This document shows positions 42,382 to 50,939 of a stretch of DNA of 64,000 bases, one piece after another (position 1 is the stretch's first letter; each line of letters opens with the position of its first letter). The position numbers were made by a program, and so were the translations under genes. Origin of the DNA: Methanofastidiosum sp. (GTDB lineage Archaea > Methanobacteriota_B > Thermococci > Methanofastidiosales > Methanofastidiosaceae); contig JAXGZJ010000001.1 of assembly GCA_040771805.1 (NCBI GenBank), positions 830,796 through 894,795 of the forward strand. Reading direction: 5' to 3'. Under the pieces are notes generated by a model that worked only from the letters and a program-made list of their open reading frames with translations, was not told where the DNA came from and did not search any database.

Positions 42382-43394
42382 CCAAAGTAAAGATTTCTAT
42401 TTTTTCTAACTAGAATAATCAAATATGGTGCGGCAATTACTGAAGTCAAAATACTGATAGGAATCTCACCAAAAGTTAAAGTTCTGGCTAAAGTATCACA
42501 TATCACTAAAAATAATCCTCCCATTATAGCGGAAGCAGGTATCAAATAACGATGATCTGGGCCGATTGTCATTCTTGCCATATGAGGAATAACTAGTCCC
42601 ACCCAAGCAATTATCCCAACAGTTCCAATAGCTATTGAAGTAATAAACGTAGACAGTACTATGCTTACAGCCTTTACCTTTTTGACGGATACTCCCAGAG
42701 ACTGAGCTTCCTGATCTCCCATTGTCAGCACATTTAACTTCCAAGCGAGACTCCACAATAGAATAAAGGATATAGTTATTAAAACAGAAAGTAGTCCGAC
42801 ATCACCCCACTTCGCAGTATAAAATCCACCCATCAACCAAAATACCAAATCACGTAACTCTCTAAAACCTGCGGTCATTTTTAAATATGAAAGGCCTGCA
42901 GAAAATATAGCACTCACAATTATTCCAGAGAGTATAAGATTAATCAACGGCGTTTCCTTTTTAACTGTGGCAAGAGAATATGCAAAAATCATCGCAATCA
43001 TCCCGAACACAAATGAAGTTAGTTGCATGGATAAAAAGCTTAAATGAAGAACAATTGATATTGCAGCCCCAAATGCAGCAGCGGAAGATACGCCCAAAAG
43101 GTATGGCTCCACAAGAGGATTTCTGAATACTCCTTGATAAGTTGTTCCTGCAGTTGCTAGTGCTACGCCAACAATGACGGATAAGAAGATTCTAGGAAGC
43201 CTTATCTGCCACACAACAATCTCATTGTCTAACGATGGAACTGTTCCTATTCCTATTTTATAGATAATTGCTTGAAATACATCTAATATGGGAATGTTAA
43301 AAGATCCTCGAGTTACGGCTACAACCATCCCTAATATAAGAAAAATTAAAGAGGTAATTAGGAATGTGCTTTTTGTCTTGTTATCTGAAATCAT
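42378..43394 (-). CDS. ABC transporter permease (FecCD/BtuC family)
   Basis: ~10-TM permease with FecCD-like glycine-rich helices; overlaps the ATPase gene start. Confidence 0.85.
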   Translation of the reverse strand: MISDNKTKSTFLITSLIFLILGMVVAVTRGSFNIPILDVFQAIIYKIGIGTVPSLDNEIVVWQIRLPRIFLSVIVGVALATAGTTYQGVFRNPLVEPYLLGVSSAAAFGAAISIVLHLSFLSMQLTSFVFGMIAMIFAYSLATVKKETPLINLILSGIIVSAIFSAGLSYLKMTAGFRELRDLVFWLMGGFYTAKWGDVGLLSVLITISFILLWSLAWKLNVLTMGDQEAQSLGVSVKKVKAVSIVLSTFITSIAIGTVGIIAWVGLVIPHMARMTIGPDHRYLIPASAIMGGLFLVICDTLARTLTFGEIPISILTSVIAAPYLIILVRKNRNLYFG

Positions 43395-43406
43395 TCAATA
43401 CCTCCT

Positions 43407-44252
43407 CTATTCCACATGCTGCCATTTAATTTGGACATAAACTGTATCATCATCCCATATGTATTTTCCATTTGATTTATTGAATTTTGTTTCTATATAC
43501 TCAGCAAGATATTTGTCATTTTTAGAATCAGATATTCTTAGACGGAGTTTTAAGTCAGATATTGCTTGATCAATGCTATCATATATTTTTGGAAATGATG
43601 TACCCTTTAGCACAGTAATATTTGGAGATCTTCCCATATCATAGAGAACATTATAAATAACATTACATTTAGGTGAGGGTGTATAGTTGCTGCCATATAT
43701 TTTTTGATACAAATCCATGTACAACTTCTCCCAAGAAGTGACCCCAGAAAACCAATACAGGATAACTTCTTTATTGGAGCAATCTTCCATTTTAAGTAAT
43801 GACTCCTTAATATTTTGCATAAGAAGAGAATAAGAAGCTATAACAATGTCATGTTTTTCTATTTTAGCTGTGTCAAAATTCTCCCATTTCGATTGAAAGA
43901 TTTCGATGTTTGTCAATCTTTCTTCTACGATATGTTTTTTTAGAAGATCAATCATTGATTGAGAGGGCTCAACAACAGTTACCTTCTTCACATATCTTGC
44001 TAAAGGAACTGCTAATACCCCCGGGCCAGCGCCTATATCAAGCACAGAGTAATTTTTATCAAAATTAAGTTCTTTTGCCCTTTTTTCCCCATCTTCCTTT
44101 ATTAATTTTGAGTTATCGTATGCTTCAGCACGTCTTTTATCATTATAATAATTCCTTTCATTTTCATTTTCTGGAAAAGAAAAATTGATTGTTTTATTCC
44201 AAATGGAATTCCAATCAATATAGTTTGACAAAGTTCCCCGATTAAAAGTCAT
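43407..44252 (-). CDS. Class I SAM-dependent methyltransferase embedded in the ABC importer operon
   Basis: SAM-binding motif I VLDIGAGPGVLAVPLA; sits between the binding-protein and permease genes. Confidence 0.65.
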   Translation of the reverse strand: MTFNRGTLSNYIDWNSIWNKTINFSFPENENERNYYNDKRRAEAYDNSKLIKEDGEKRAKELNFDKNYSVLDIGAGPGVLAVPLARYVKKVTVVEPSQSMIDLLKKHIVEERLTNIEIFQSKWENFDTAKIEKHDIVIASYSLLMQNIKESLLKMEDCSNKEVILYWFSGVTSWEKLYMDLYQKIYGSNYTPSPKCNVIYNVLYDMGRSPNITVLKGTSFPKIYDSIDQAISDLKLRLRISDSKNDKYLAEYIETKFNKSNGKYIWDDDTVYVQIKWQHVE

Positions 44253-45393
44253 TTGAGTCCATCCAGTCTAAAAGTTGAATTTCCTTTAGTCTCTGTGCTT
44301 GATTATCGTTTAATCCATAGAGCTCTTTGTGGTAGTCATTAACCCATTTGTTAACCTTTATATCACTGAATTTTTCAGGATATACAGTTTTTGCAGATAT
44401 AAGTAATATTGTAGGATAGTCAAGTTTAAAGTCTCCCCACCAAGTCAAAAGGCCAAAAGAACCTATTCTTCTATTTTTTACAGCGTTGACATTCTGCAAT
44501 GGTTTATATTTAGGGGCTGTACTTAATATGTTGATATCAGGCAATATAGAGTTGGTAGCAAGTATGATCACATCTGGATTCATGGTAATTATCTGCTCTG
44601 CTGACATTAATTGTGATTTGGATTCCCCATATACATTTTTTATGTTGCATATTTCTTCTGCAAACTTTGCGTCTCCGTAATTCTTACCCCAAACGGCACC
44701 TATACTATCATCTGTTTTCAGTCCAATATACATCACAGATGGCTTTTCAGAATCTTTGATGTCCTTAGTTCTATTATATACCATGTCCACATATTTCTTA
44801 GTAATGTCATGTATTTCTTTGGCACGTTTTTCCTTATTAAATACTTTTCCTAATATTATAATTCCTTCATATTGGGTATTCATTGTAGGATTGCTATACG
44901 CTCCGGGGGTATTAATTACTACAATGGGTATTTTAAGTTCATTTTCAATTCTATCCATTGCTTCTTTAGTTATTTCATTGTCTTTAATATATTCTGAGTT
45001 TGCCCAAAGGACTAAATCAGGTTTTACAGATATTAGAGTTTCAAAATTGAACCCCCCAAAGGTATAGCCTACATTTGGAAGCTCTATTATCTTAGGAAAT
45101 AGATATAAACTGTCCCTATCTTCTGCTTTTTCATTTTCTGAAGATAACATTCCACCACTTGCAACTATTTTATCTTGGACGCCCAAAGCAACTATGTTTT
45201 GTGTTATGAAGCCTTTATCAACAATAACAACTCTTTGAGGGTCAGAGGGAATCGTCACCGTCACTCCTCTCATATCAACTATTTCTTTCATGGCAATCTT
45301 CTGTGGTGAACTGGTATTTTGTACACATCCTAAAAAACTAAATGTTAAAAATAAAATCACCATAGTAATCAAAATATTATTTTTGTTTTTCAT
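44242..45393 (-). CDS. ABC transporter substrate-binding protein (cluster A-II/BtuF/FepB-like, probable lipoprotein)
   Basis: Signal peptide with lipobox-like FSFLGC; periplasmic binding protein 2-like. Confidence 0.75.
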   Translation of the reverse strand: MKNKNNILITMVILFLTFSFLGCVQNTSSPQKIAMKEIVDMRGVTVTIPSDPQRVVIVDKGFITQNIVALGVQDKIVASGGMLSSENEKAEDRDSLYLFPKIIELPNVGYTFGGFNFETLISVKPDLVLWANSEYIKDNEITKEAMDRIENELKIPIVVINTPGAYSNPTMNTQYEGIIILGKVFNKEKRAKEIHDITKKYVDMVYNRTKDIKDSEKPSVMYIGLKTDDSIGAVWGKNYGDAKFAEEICNIKNVYGESKSQLMSAEQIITMNPDVIILATNSILPDINILSTAPKYKPLQNVNAVKNRRIGSFGLLTWWGDFKLDYPTILLISAKTVYPEKFSDIKVNKWVNDYHKELYGLNDNQAQRLKEIQLLDWMDSNDF

Positions 45394-45520
45394 AGAATCT
45401 CCTTAATTTTTAGTGTTATTATAGTAGCACTAATTTAGAAAACGTGTTATTAATTATTTATAAAGTTTATGGTTTAATATATAGTTAAAGGACTATTTAC
45501 TCATCGAAATATTTATATAC

Positions 45521-45541
45521 TTGGATGGTGACGCCATCCAT
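45521..45541. promoter_or_regulatory. Palindromic candidate operator, copy 1 (TTGGATGGTGACGCCATCCAT)
   Basis: 19 of 21 positions identical to the perfect palindrome at 54857..54877; preceded by TATA-like ATTTATATAC and followed directly by the ATG at 45542. Confidence 0.45.
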
Positions 45542-45685
45542 ATGAACAATAAATGTATTATCTGTAAGTGTGAATTAAATAAGAGGACTTATATTATCTG
45601 CGAAGATTGTTTTGAAAAATGCATCTCTCAATTGGAATTAACTGATTTTCACAAAAATAGAGAGGCTATCTTTATTATGGATTAG
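45542..45685 (+). CDS. Small zinc-ribbon protein, 47 aa (not in ORF track)
   Basis: ATG...TAG ORF encoding MNNKCIICKCELNKRTYIICEDCFEKC... with CxxCKC-x9-CxxC; promoter-like TATA and palindrome just upstream. Confidence 0.35.
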   Translation: MNNKCIICKCELNKRTYIICEDCFEKCISQLELTDFHKNREAIFIMD

Positions 45686-45771
45686 GATGATAAAAGTAAT
45701 ATAAACAATGAAAAAGTTAATAAATAAACTATAATTCTTACCACAATGCAAAACACAAGAGGTAATTACCA

Positions 45772-45906
45772 TTGAAGAATGAAATCACGATAAATTTTCC
45801 AAAGGACATCAGAGAGTACTGCCCAAAATGTAAGTGTTACCTATATCCTGTAAAAGATCATATTTGCTACTTCTGCAAAAGTAAAACTATTCCCCATAAA
45901 GAATAA
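45772..45906 (+). CDS. Small zinc-ribbon protein paralog, ~44 aa (TTG start; not in ORF track)
   Basis: ORF encoding (M)KNEITINFPKDIREYCPKCKCYLYPVKDHICYFCKSK... with the same CxxCKC-x9-CxxC spacing; AGAGGT SD-like element 8 nt upstream. Confidence 0.3.
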   Translation: MKNEITINFPKDIREYCPKCKCYLYPVKDHICYFCKSKTIPHKE

Positions 45907-45912
45907 AAATAA

Positions 45913-46473
45913 TTAAGAATTTTTAAAAGAATTCTCTTCAAATTCCTTATGAATTTGCTGCATCCATTCAGGTATAGATATTTTGTCCTCAGGGTAAAAG
46001 TTTCTAACATACGGTTTGATATCAACTACAGGACTACCATCGACCGCATCCAGCCCCGTAACCTCTAAAACATTCCCTCTTATACCATGCAAACGGACAA
46101 CAGTCATAAGTATAGGATTTGGTCTTGCAGGGCTACATGTGGCAAATATACCTACCTTTGAAAAACATTCTCTTCCCATAGGATGTACTTTTGTCAAAGA
46201 TCGACTTTGCTCTGGAACTTTATGGGCCCAGTATAAAATTATAAGATGGGAATATTTTTCAACCCCTTCAAGGATATCTATGATATCATTATCAATAATA
46301 ATTTCTGATATTTCCTCATTGATTTGACGAATTTGTTTCATATTGGCTTTGTTCTGTTCCTTCATCTTTATTCCCTCATTTCCGGCAACAAGGGAGGGTT
46401 CATTATTGTTATTTCTTACAATACCAATCGGCCTTACTATCAAATTTCCTGCATTTTTATTATCTTTAATCAT
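45913..46473 (-). CDS. TsaA/YaeB (TrmO-like) family protein
   Basis: VRPIGIVRN N-terminus and RPNPILMTVV...VTGLDAVDGSPVVDIKPY core motifs. Confidence 0.6.
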   Translation of the reverse strand: MIKDNKNAGNLIVRPIGIVRNNNNEPSLVAGNEGIKMKEQNKANMKQIRQINEEISEIIIDNDIIDILEGVEKYSHLIILYWAHKVPEQSRSLTKVHPMGRECFSKVGIFATCSPARPNPILMTVVRLHGIRGNVLEVTGLDAVDGSPVVDIKPYVRNFYPEDKISIPEWMQQIHKEFEENSFKNS

Positions 46474-46513
46474 GTTTCAACCTTCTAACTCTATAGATAG
46501 ATTTTTATCAAAG

Positions 46514-47611
46514 TTATCTTATTCTTATTCCGTCCCCAGTTAATTTATTATATCTGCTCTTTGAACAAGGATAGCAATAATTTCCTCCGTTGCTTTTAGA
46601 TATCCTTGTAGCCATTACGTTTTCCTTACAACAATCACATAAAATGCTATCATATATTGGGGCATATTCTGGGATATCTGCCTTCACTTTTTTTATTGAA
46701 AAAAGGCTATCAAAGTCCATTTTAAGCATGTTAAACGAGACCTCTTTTCCATATTGTTTAAATAAAGAATAATCTTCTTCGTTTCCAGCCCTATCTCTTA
46801 CTACTTTATTAAATAATTCAAAATACTCAGGAAAGTTTTTTTCAAGACCATTTCTGTAATCAGGATTAACAGAAACTCTTATCCCATTGCCATCTCTTCT
46901 AGATAGTGTTACGGCATTTTTTCCAAAATCCCGATAAATAAGGGCATTATTTCCAAATGTACATCCAGTAACATATTGGACGCCATCTGACATGCAATTA
47001 TTTGCTTCAACAATAGCGATTACTTCTTCCATCCCATCTGAAATTTCTTTGATTTCATTCATCAGATAAGCGCTTGCCCTAACTCCAAGGGATAATCCCG
47101 GGCAATAGTGGCCATGAATTGTTCCTGCCGTAATGAGTAGTTTTTCTAAATCATTCTCAGCAATGTACCTAGTTATTTCTGATCTTGGATTGTTTTTTAG
47201 GTAGCTTAGATTTTCAGCTTCTTGACCCTTTTCATCAAGAAAAGCAGAGTACGGTTTTATATCAATAACAGGTGTTCCATCGATTGCGTCAAGTCCCTTT
47301 ACTAGAAGCTCGTTACCTTTTCTTTCCAATAGCTCTACCGTAGTTAGGCCTATATTTGTCGGCCTTCGTGGGCTTCTAGAAGCAAAAACACCTTTTACTT
47401 CGCCCCCATACCTAGGGCCAATAAGTTCAAAATCTTTAGAAAGATGAAAAACAAACATTACCTGGAGATATCTGCTCTCCTCTATCTTATATAGTCCATC
47501 TTCAAAATCTTTGTCTACTATGATTGTACTCTCTGTCTTTCTTAATATATTTGGGTCTACTTGCTCCCTAAAATTATTTTTTACTGTTCCTATCTTTTTA
47601 ATATGCTCCAT
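46514..47611 (-). CDS. Fusion protein: N-terminal TsaA/YaeB-like domain, FmdE-like domain, C-terminal zinc ribbon
   Basis: RRPTNIGLTTV...KGLDAIDGTPVIDIKPY (TsaA-like); HGHYCPGLSLGVRA (FmdE-like); CDCC...CYPC C-terminal cluster; start uncertain (track start 47680). Confidence 0.6.
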   Translation of the reverse strand: MEHIKKIGTVKNNFREQVDPNILRKTESTIIVDKDFEDGLYKIEESRYLQVMFVFHLSKDFELIGPRYGGEVKGVFASRSPRRPTNIGLTTVELLERKGNELLVKGLDAIDGTPVIDIKPYSAFLDEKGQEAENLSYLKNNPRSEITRYIAENDLEKLLITAGTIHGHYCPGLSLGVRASAYLMNEIKEISDGMEEVIAIVEANNCMSDGVQYVTGCTFGNNALIYRDFGKNAVTLSRRDGNGIRVSVNPDYRNGLEKNFPEYFELFNKVVRDRAGNEEDYSLFKQYGKEVSFNMLKMDFDSLFSIKKVKADIPEYAPIYDSILCDCCKENVMATRISKSNGGNYCYPCSKSRYNKLTGDGIRIR

Positions 47612-48374
47612 TATTTTTCCTCCCCACTGGAATAACAAACGGGTAGCCATCGTGCTCCTTAATATAGACATCCACACCATATACTTCTTTAATTAATTTT
47701 GGAGTAATTATATCGTGGCCTCCAACTGAATCAATCATTCCCCCTTTTAAAAAGATGAATTTGTCTGAAAATCTTAGGGCGGAATTAATATCATGCATTG
47801 TCATTATAACTGATACATCATGTCCATCCACAATTTCTGATAAGAGGTACAGTATTTCCTGCTGATTTTTAAGATCTAGACTTGATGTAGGTTCATCCAA
47901 TAATAGTATTTTTGGCTCTTGAACTATTGCTCTGGCTATTCCGACTTTTTGTAATTCTCCACCACTTAACTCATCTAAATACCTTAAAGAGAGATCTTCC
48001 ATGTTTAATTTTTTCATGGCAGAGTTAACTAATGAAATATCCTTGTTAGATACATCCCACTTTATATGGGGTTTCCTACCAAGTAAGATGGCATCAAATA
48101 CAGTTATCCTTACAGTTTCGTTTCTTTGTGGAACATAACCTAACTTCTTTGCTATTTCTATTCTTTTAATATTCATAATATCTTGATTCTCTACCAGTAT
48201 ACTTCCACCTTGTGGCCTTAGAATTCTATTTATGCATTTGAGAAGTGTAGTTTTGCCCACGCCATTTGGGCCTAATATACTTAAAATTTCATTCGACTCT
48301 AAATTAAAGTCTATTTGATTGAATATTTCTTTATTTTTATAACTAAATTTTAAATTAGATATTTCAAGCATCAT
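47598..48374 (-). CDS. ABC transporter ATP-binding protein (FepC/BtuD-type), second system
   Basis: Walker A GPNGVGKTT, signature LSGGELQ, Walker B LLLDEPTS. Confidence 0.85.
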   Translation of the reverse strand: MMLEISNLKFSYKNKEIFNQIDFNLESNEILSILGPNGVGKTTLLKCINRILRPQGGSILVENQDIMNIKRIEIAKKLGYVPQRNETVRITVFDAILLGRKPHIKWDVSNKDISLVNSAMKKLNMEDLSLRYLDELSGGELQKVGIARAIVQEPKILLLDEPTSSLDLKNQQEILYLLSEIVDGHDVSVIMTMHDINSALRFSDKFIFLKGGMIDSVGGHDIITPKLIKEVYGVDVYIKEHDGYPFVIPVGRKNNGAY

Positions 48375-49441
48375 CTTCTTCCTCCTTTTATCAATAGGAA
48401 GATAAAAATTGGTGCACCCATAAATGCTGTTAAAATTGCTACAGGTAAAACATGTGGGGCAACTATCAATCTGGCTGCAGTATCAGAAAGTGACAATAGT
48501 ATACCTCCCATTAGGATAGACCCTGGTATTAGAAAACGATTGTCGTCACCGATTAAGATTCTTACTATATGCGGACATACAAGCCCTACAAATCCAATAA
48601 CACCAAGGAAAGCTACAATAACTGCAGTAACAAGAGAGGAAACAATCATCCCTATTAGGCGAATTCTTGTGACATCTACGCCTAAACCTAAAGCAGTGTC
48701 ATCACCTGCGTCAATTGCATTATAGTTCCATCTATTTATGAAAAAGTATATTGCGGCCAATATTACTACAATTGATATTATGCTTAATTCTCGCCAATCG
48801 GCTCTTGCAACATCACCAAAAGACCAAAAAACAACAGCTGCTAACTGCACATCATCGGCAAAGAATTGAAGAAACATTGTTCCTGCTGTAAATAGGGACG
48901 ATAAAGCTACTCCTGCTAAGATCATTACTTCAGGTGAAGCTTTTTTCATATGGGCTATTCCCAATATGAACGCAGTTGCAAGTAGACAAAAGATAAATGC
49001 AACTATAGTTGTGGTATATGGATTATTGATTACTATGGCATCCATAGCTCTACTACGCATAGTTCCTGTACCCAAAATCATCACAGAAAATGCTGCACCA
49101 AATGCCCCGGCGTTAGAAATTCCTAGGGTAAATGGAGATGCCAATGGATTCCTTAAAATCGATTGCATTGCAACACCCGCAACACCGAGTCCAATCCCAG
49201 CAGCTACTCCCGTTAAAGCCTGAGGTAAACGAATATTCCATATAATTGTATGCCAAGTACTAGACTGGGCATTACCAATTAAAACTTTAAAAACCTCAGG
49301 TAATGGTATGTTTACTGCCCCCACAGAGACAGAAAATGCAATTGAAAATATTAAGAATAATAAACTACCAATTAAAAAAATCATTTTTTTCCATACATAA
49401 TTAAGATATCCTTCTGGCAATTCCGATTCATTTAAGTGCAT
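48371..49441 (-). CDS. ABC transporter permease (FecCD/BtuC family), second system
   Basis: Polytopic FecCD-like permease; overlaps the ATPase gene start. Confidence 0.85.
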   Translation of the reverse strand: MHLNESELPEGYLNYVWKKMIFLIGSLLFLIFSIAFSVSVGAVNIPLPEVFKVLIGNAQSSTWHTIIWNIRLPQALTGVAAGIGLGVAGVAMQSILRNPLASPFTLGISNAGAFGAAFSVMILGTGTMRSRAMDAIVINNPYTTTIVAFIFCLLATAFILGIAHMKKASPEVMILAGVALSSLFTAGTMFLQFFADDVQLAAVVFWSFGDVARADWRELSIISIVVILAAIYFFINRWNYNAIDAGDDTALGLGVDVTRIRLIGMIVSSLVTAVIVAFLGVIGFVGLVCPHIVRILIGDDNRFLIPGSILMGGILLSLSDTAARLIVAPHVLPVAILTAFMGAPIFIFLLIKGGRR

Positions 49442-49470
49442 CTTATTCCTCCCTTTGTAAAAAAATAAAA

Positions 49471-49491
49471 ATGTCTAGGTTTACTAGACAT
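49471..49491 (-). terminator. Intra-operon hairpin followed by a U-tract, between binding-protein and permease genes
   Basis: ATGTCTAG-GTTTA-CTAGACAT (8-bp stem) followed on the coding strand by TTTTATTTTTTT, then the GGAGG RBS of the permease. Confidence 0.35.
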
Positions 49492-50591
49492 CATATATCT
49501 AATTTTTTAAAGCCTATATTATTGAACTCAGAGTTTAATTCACTAAACACAGCTTTACCAAATAAAAATGTATAAATTTCGTCTGCTTTTTTAACTGGAT
49601 CTATATCTGAGAATTTTTCTGGATAAATAACTTTTCCGACGAAGTAAGCATCAGCTAAAACTGATCCTTGATTTGCATTATACCAATTATAGGGTATCAC
49701 TGCGTAGACTTCTCCAGATTTTACGGCACTTAATTTTTTATATGCTGAGTCCTTTTTCAATTCATCAATTGCTGTATCTGTTTCTAATTGTATTGTAGCA
49801 ATATCAACAAATAGTATGTCCGGATCCCACTCTACTATCTTTTCTTTAGCAACTTCTGTTCCTTGGCTCCCCAATGCTGAAGCAACGTTATTTGCATTTA
49901 CAAAGATAAATGGGGGGTAACCTGGCTCTGTTGAATGTAAACCGTGTGGGCCTGCCCTCGCCACTCCACCAATGTATACTGATTTTCTCTGGGATTCAGG
50001 TACATCCTTTGTCCTGTTGTTTAAATCTTCAATCCCCTTATCAAAGAAGGATATTACTTCTTCTACTCTAGCTTCTTTGTTCATTACTTTTGCCATAATT
50101 CGCCAGGTTTTATACATTTCACTCCTATTTTTACCAAGATCTCCATAGTTTAATGCAACTACTGGAATTCCAGTTTTAGTTTGAAGTTTATCGGCATCTT
50201 CAATTGTTGTTTGAACTTTGAATATTATTTGGGGATTCAAAGCAATTATTTTTTCGGGATCGTCTTTTCCACGAAACTCTCCAAATATTGGGTAGTCTCT
50301 AAATTGTCTATTTGCAATTGCATATGGTCTTGCATCAAACTTAGAAGTTCCTTTTTCAATGTCATCTACACCGACTATTTTATCGTGAGCTTGTAGATAA
50401 GTTAGGTACCTTAGGCACCCTGAACCTGAACAAATTACTTTAGTTGGATTTACAGGTACAGTTACTTCTCGTCCGAGCGAATCGGTTATTTTCATTGTTT
50501 TTTGTGAAGTATCCGTTGTGTTGCTAGTGCATCCTGCTGACAAAAACATTGCAGCTACTAACACTGCAATAATAAAAATATTTGCACACAT
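49491..50591 (-). CDS. ABC transporter substrate-binding protein (BtuF/FepB-like lipoprotein), second system
   Basis: Start placed at internal Met (MCANIFIIAVLVAAMFLSAGC, lipobox-like); track ORF extends to 50729. Confidence 0.7.
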   Translation of the reverse strand: MCANIFIIAVLVAAMFLSAGCTSNTTDTSQKTMKITDSLGREVTVPVNPTKVICSGSGCLRYLTYLQAHDKIVGVDDIEKGTSKFDARPYAIANRQFRDYPIFGEFRGKDDPEKIIALNPQIIFKVQTTIEDADKLQTKTGIPVVALNYGDLGKNRSEMYKTWRIMAKVMNKEARVEEVISFFDKGIEDLNNRTKDVPESQRKSVYIGGVARAGPHGLHSTEPGYPPFIFVNANNVASALGSQGTEVAKEKIVEWDPDILFVDIATIQLETDTAIDELKKDSAYKKLSAVKSGEVYAVIPYNWYNANQGSVLADAYFVGKVIYPEKFSDIDPVKKADEIYTFLFGKAVFSELNSEFNNIGFKKLDI

Positions 50592-50939
50592 TTTTTTATT
50601 TTTGATAAAAACACCTCCGCCAAATAGAATAAGTATTCTATTTATAAGTATTACGTTTTTTTGATACGTGCTACTATTTTTATAAAATCTATCTTTAATA
50701 ACACTTGATAAATTTTTCAATTGCAGCATTGATTCTGTTTCTAGCTTTACTTGATATACTAATTGTCAAAATTCTTTGTAAAATCTAAGTTATTTTCCTT
50801 CTCTATTTCTGAGTAAGGAGGATATAATTAATCAATGCAGTTATAGTCTTTTTCTATAAATATATGCTTTGTTGAATAATTCCAAACAAACGACAATTAT
50901 CTCTAACTTGCCCTTTCTTTACCTTTAGCTTTACACTAG

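Noticed and set aside
42496-42756. Minus-strand 86-aa ORF nested out of frame inside the FecCD permease gene
   Set aside because: Same strand but alternate frame within a conserved permease; Gly/Ser/Arg-rich translation without features.
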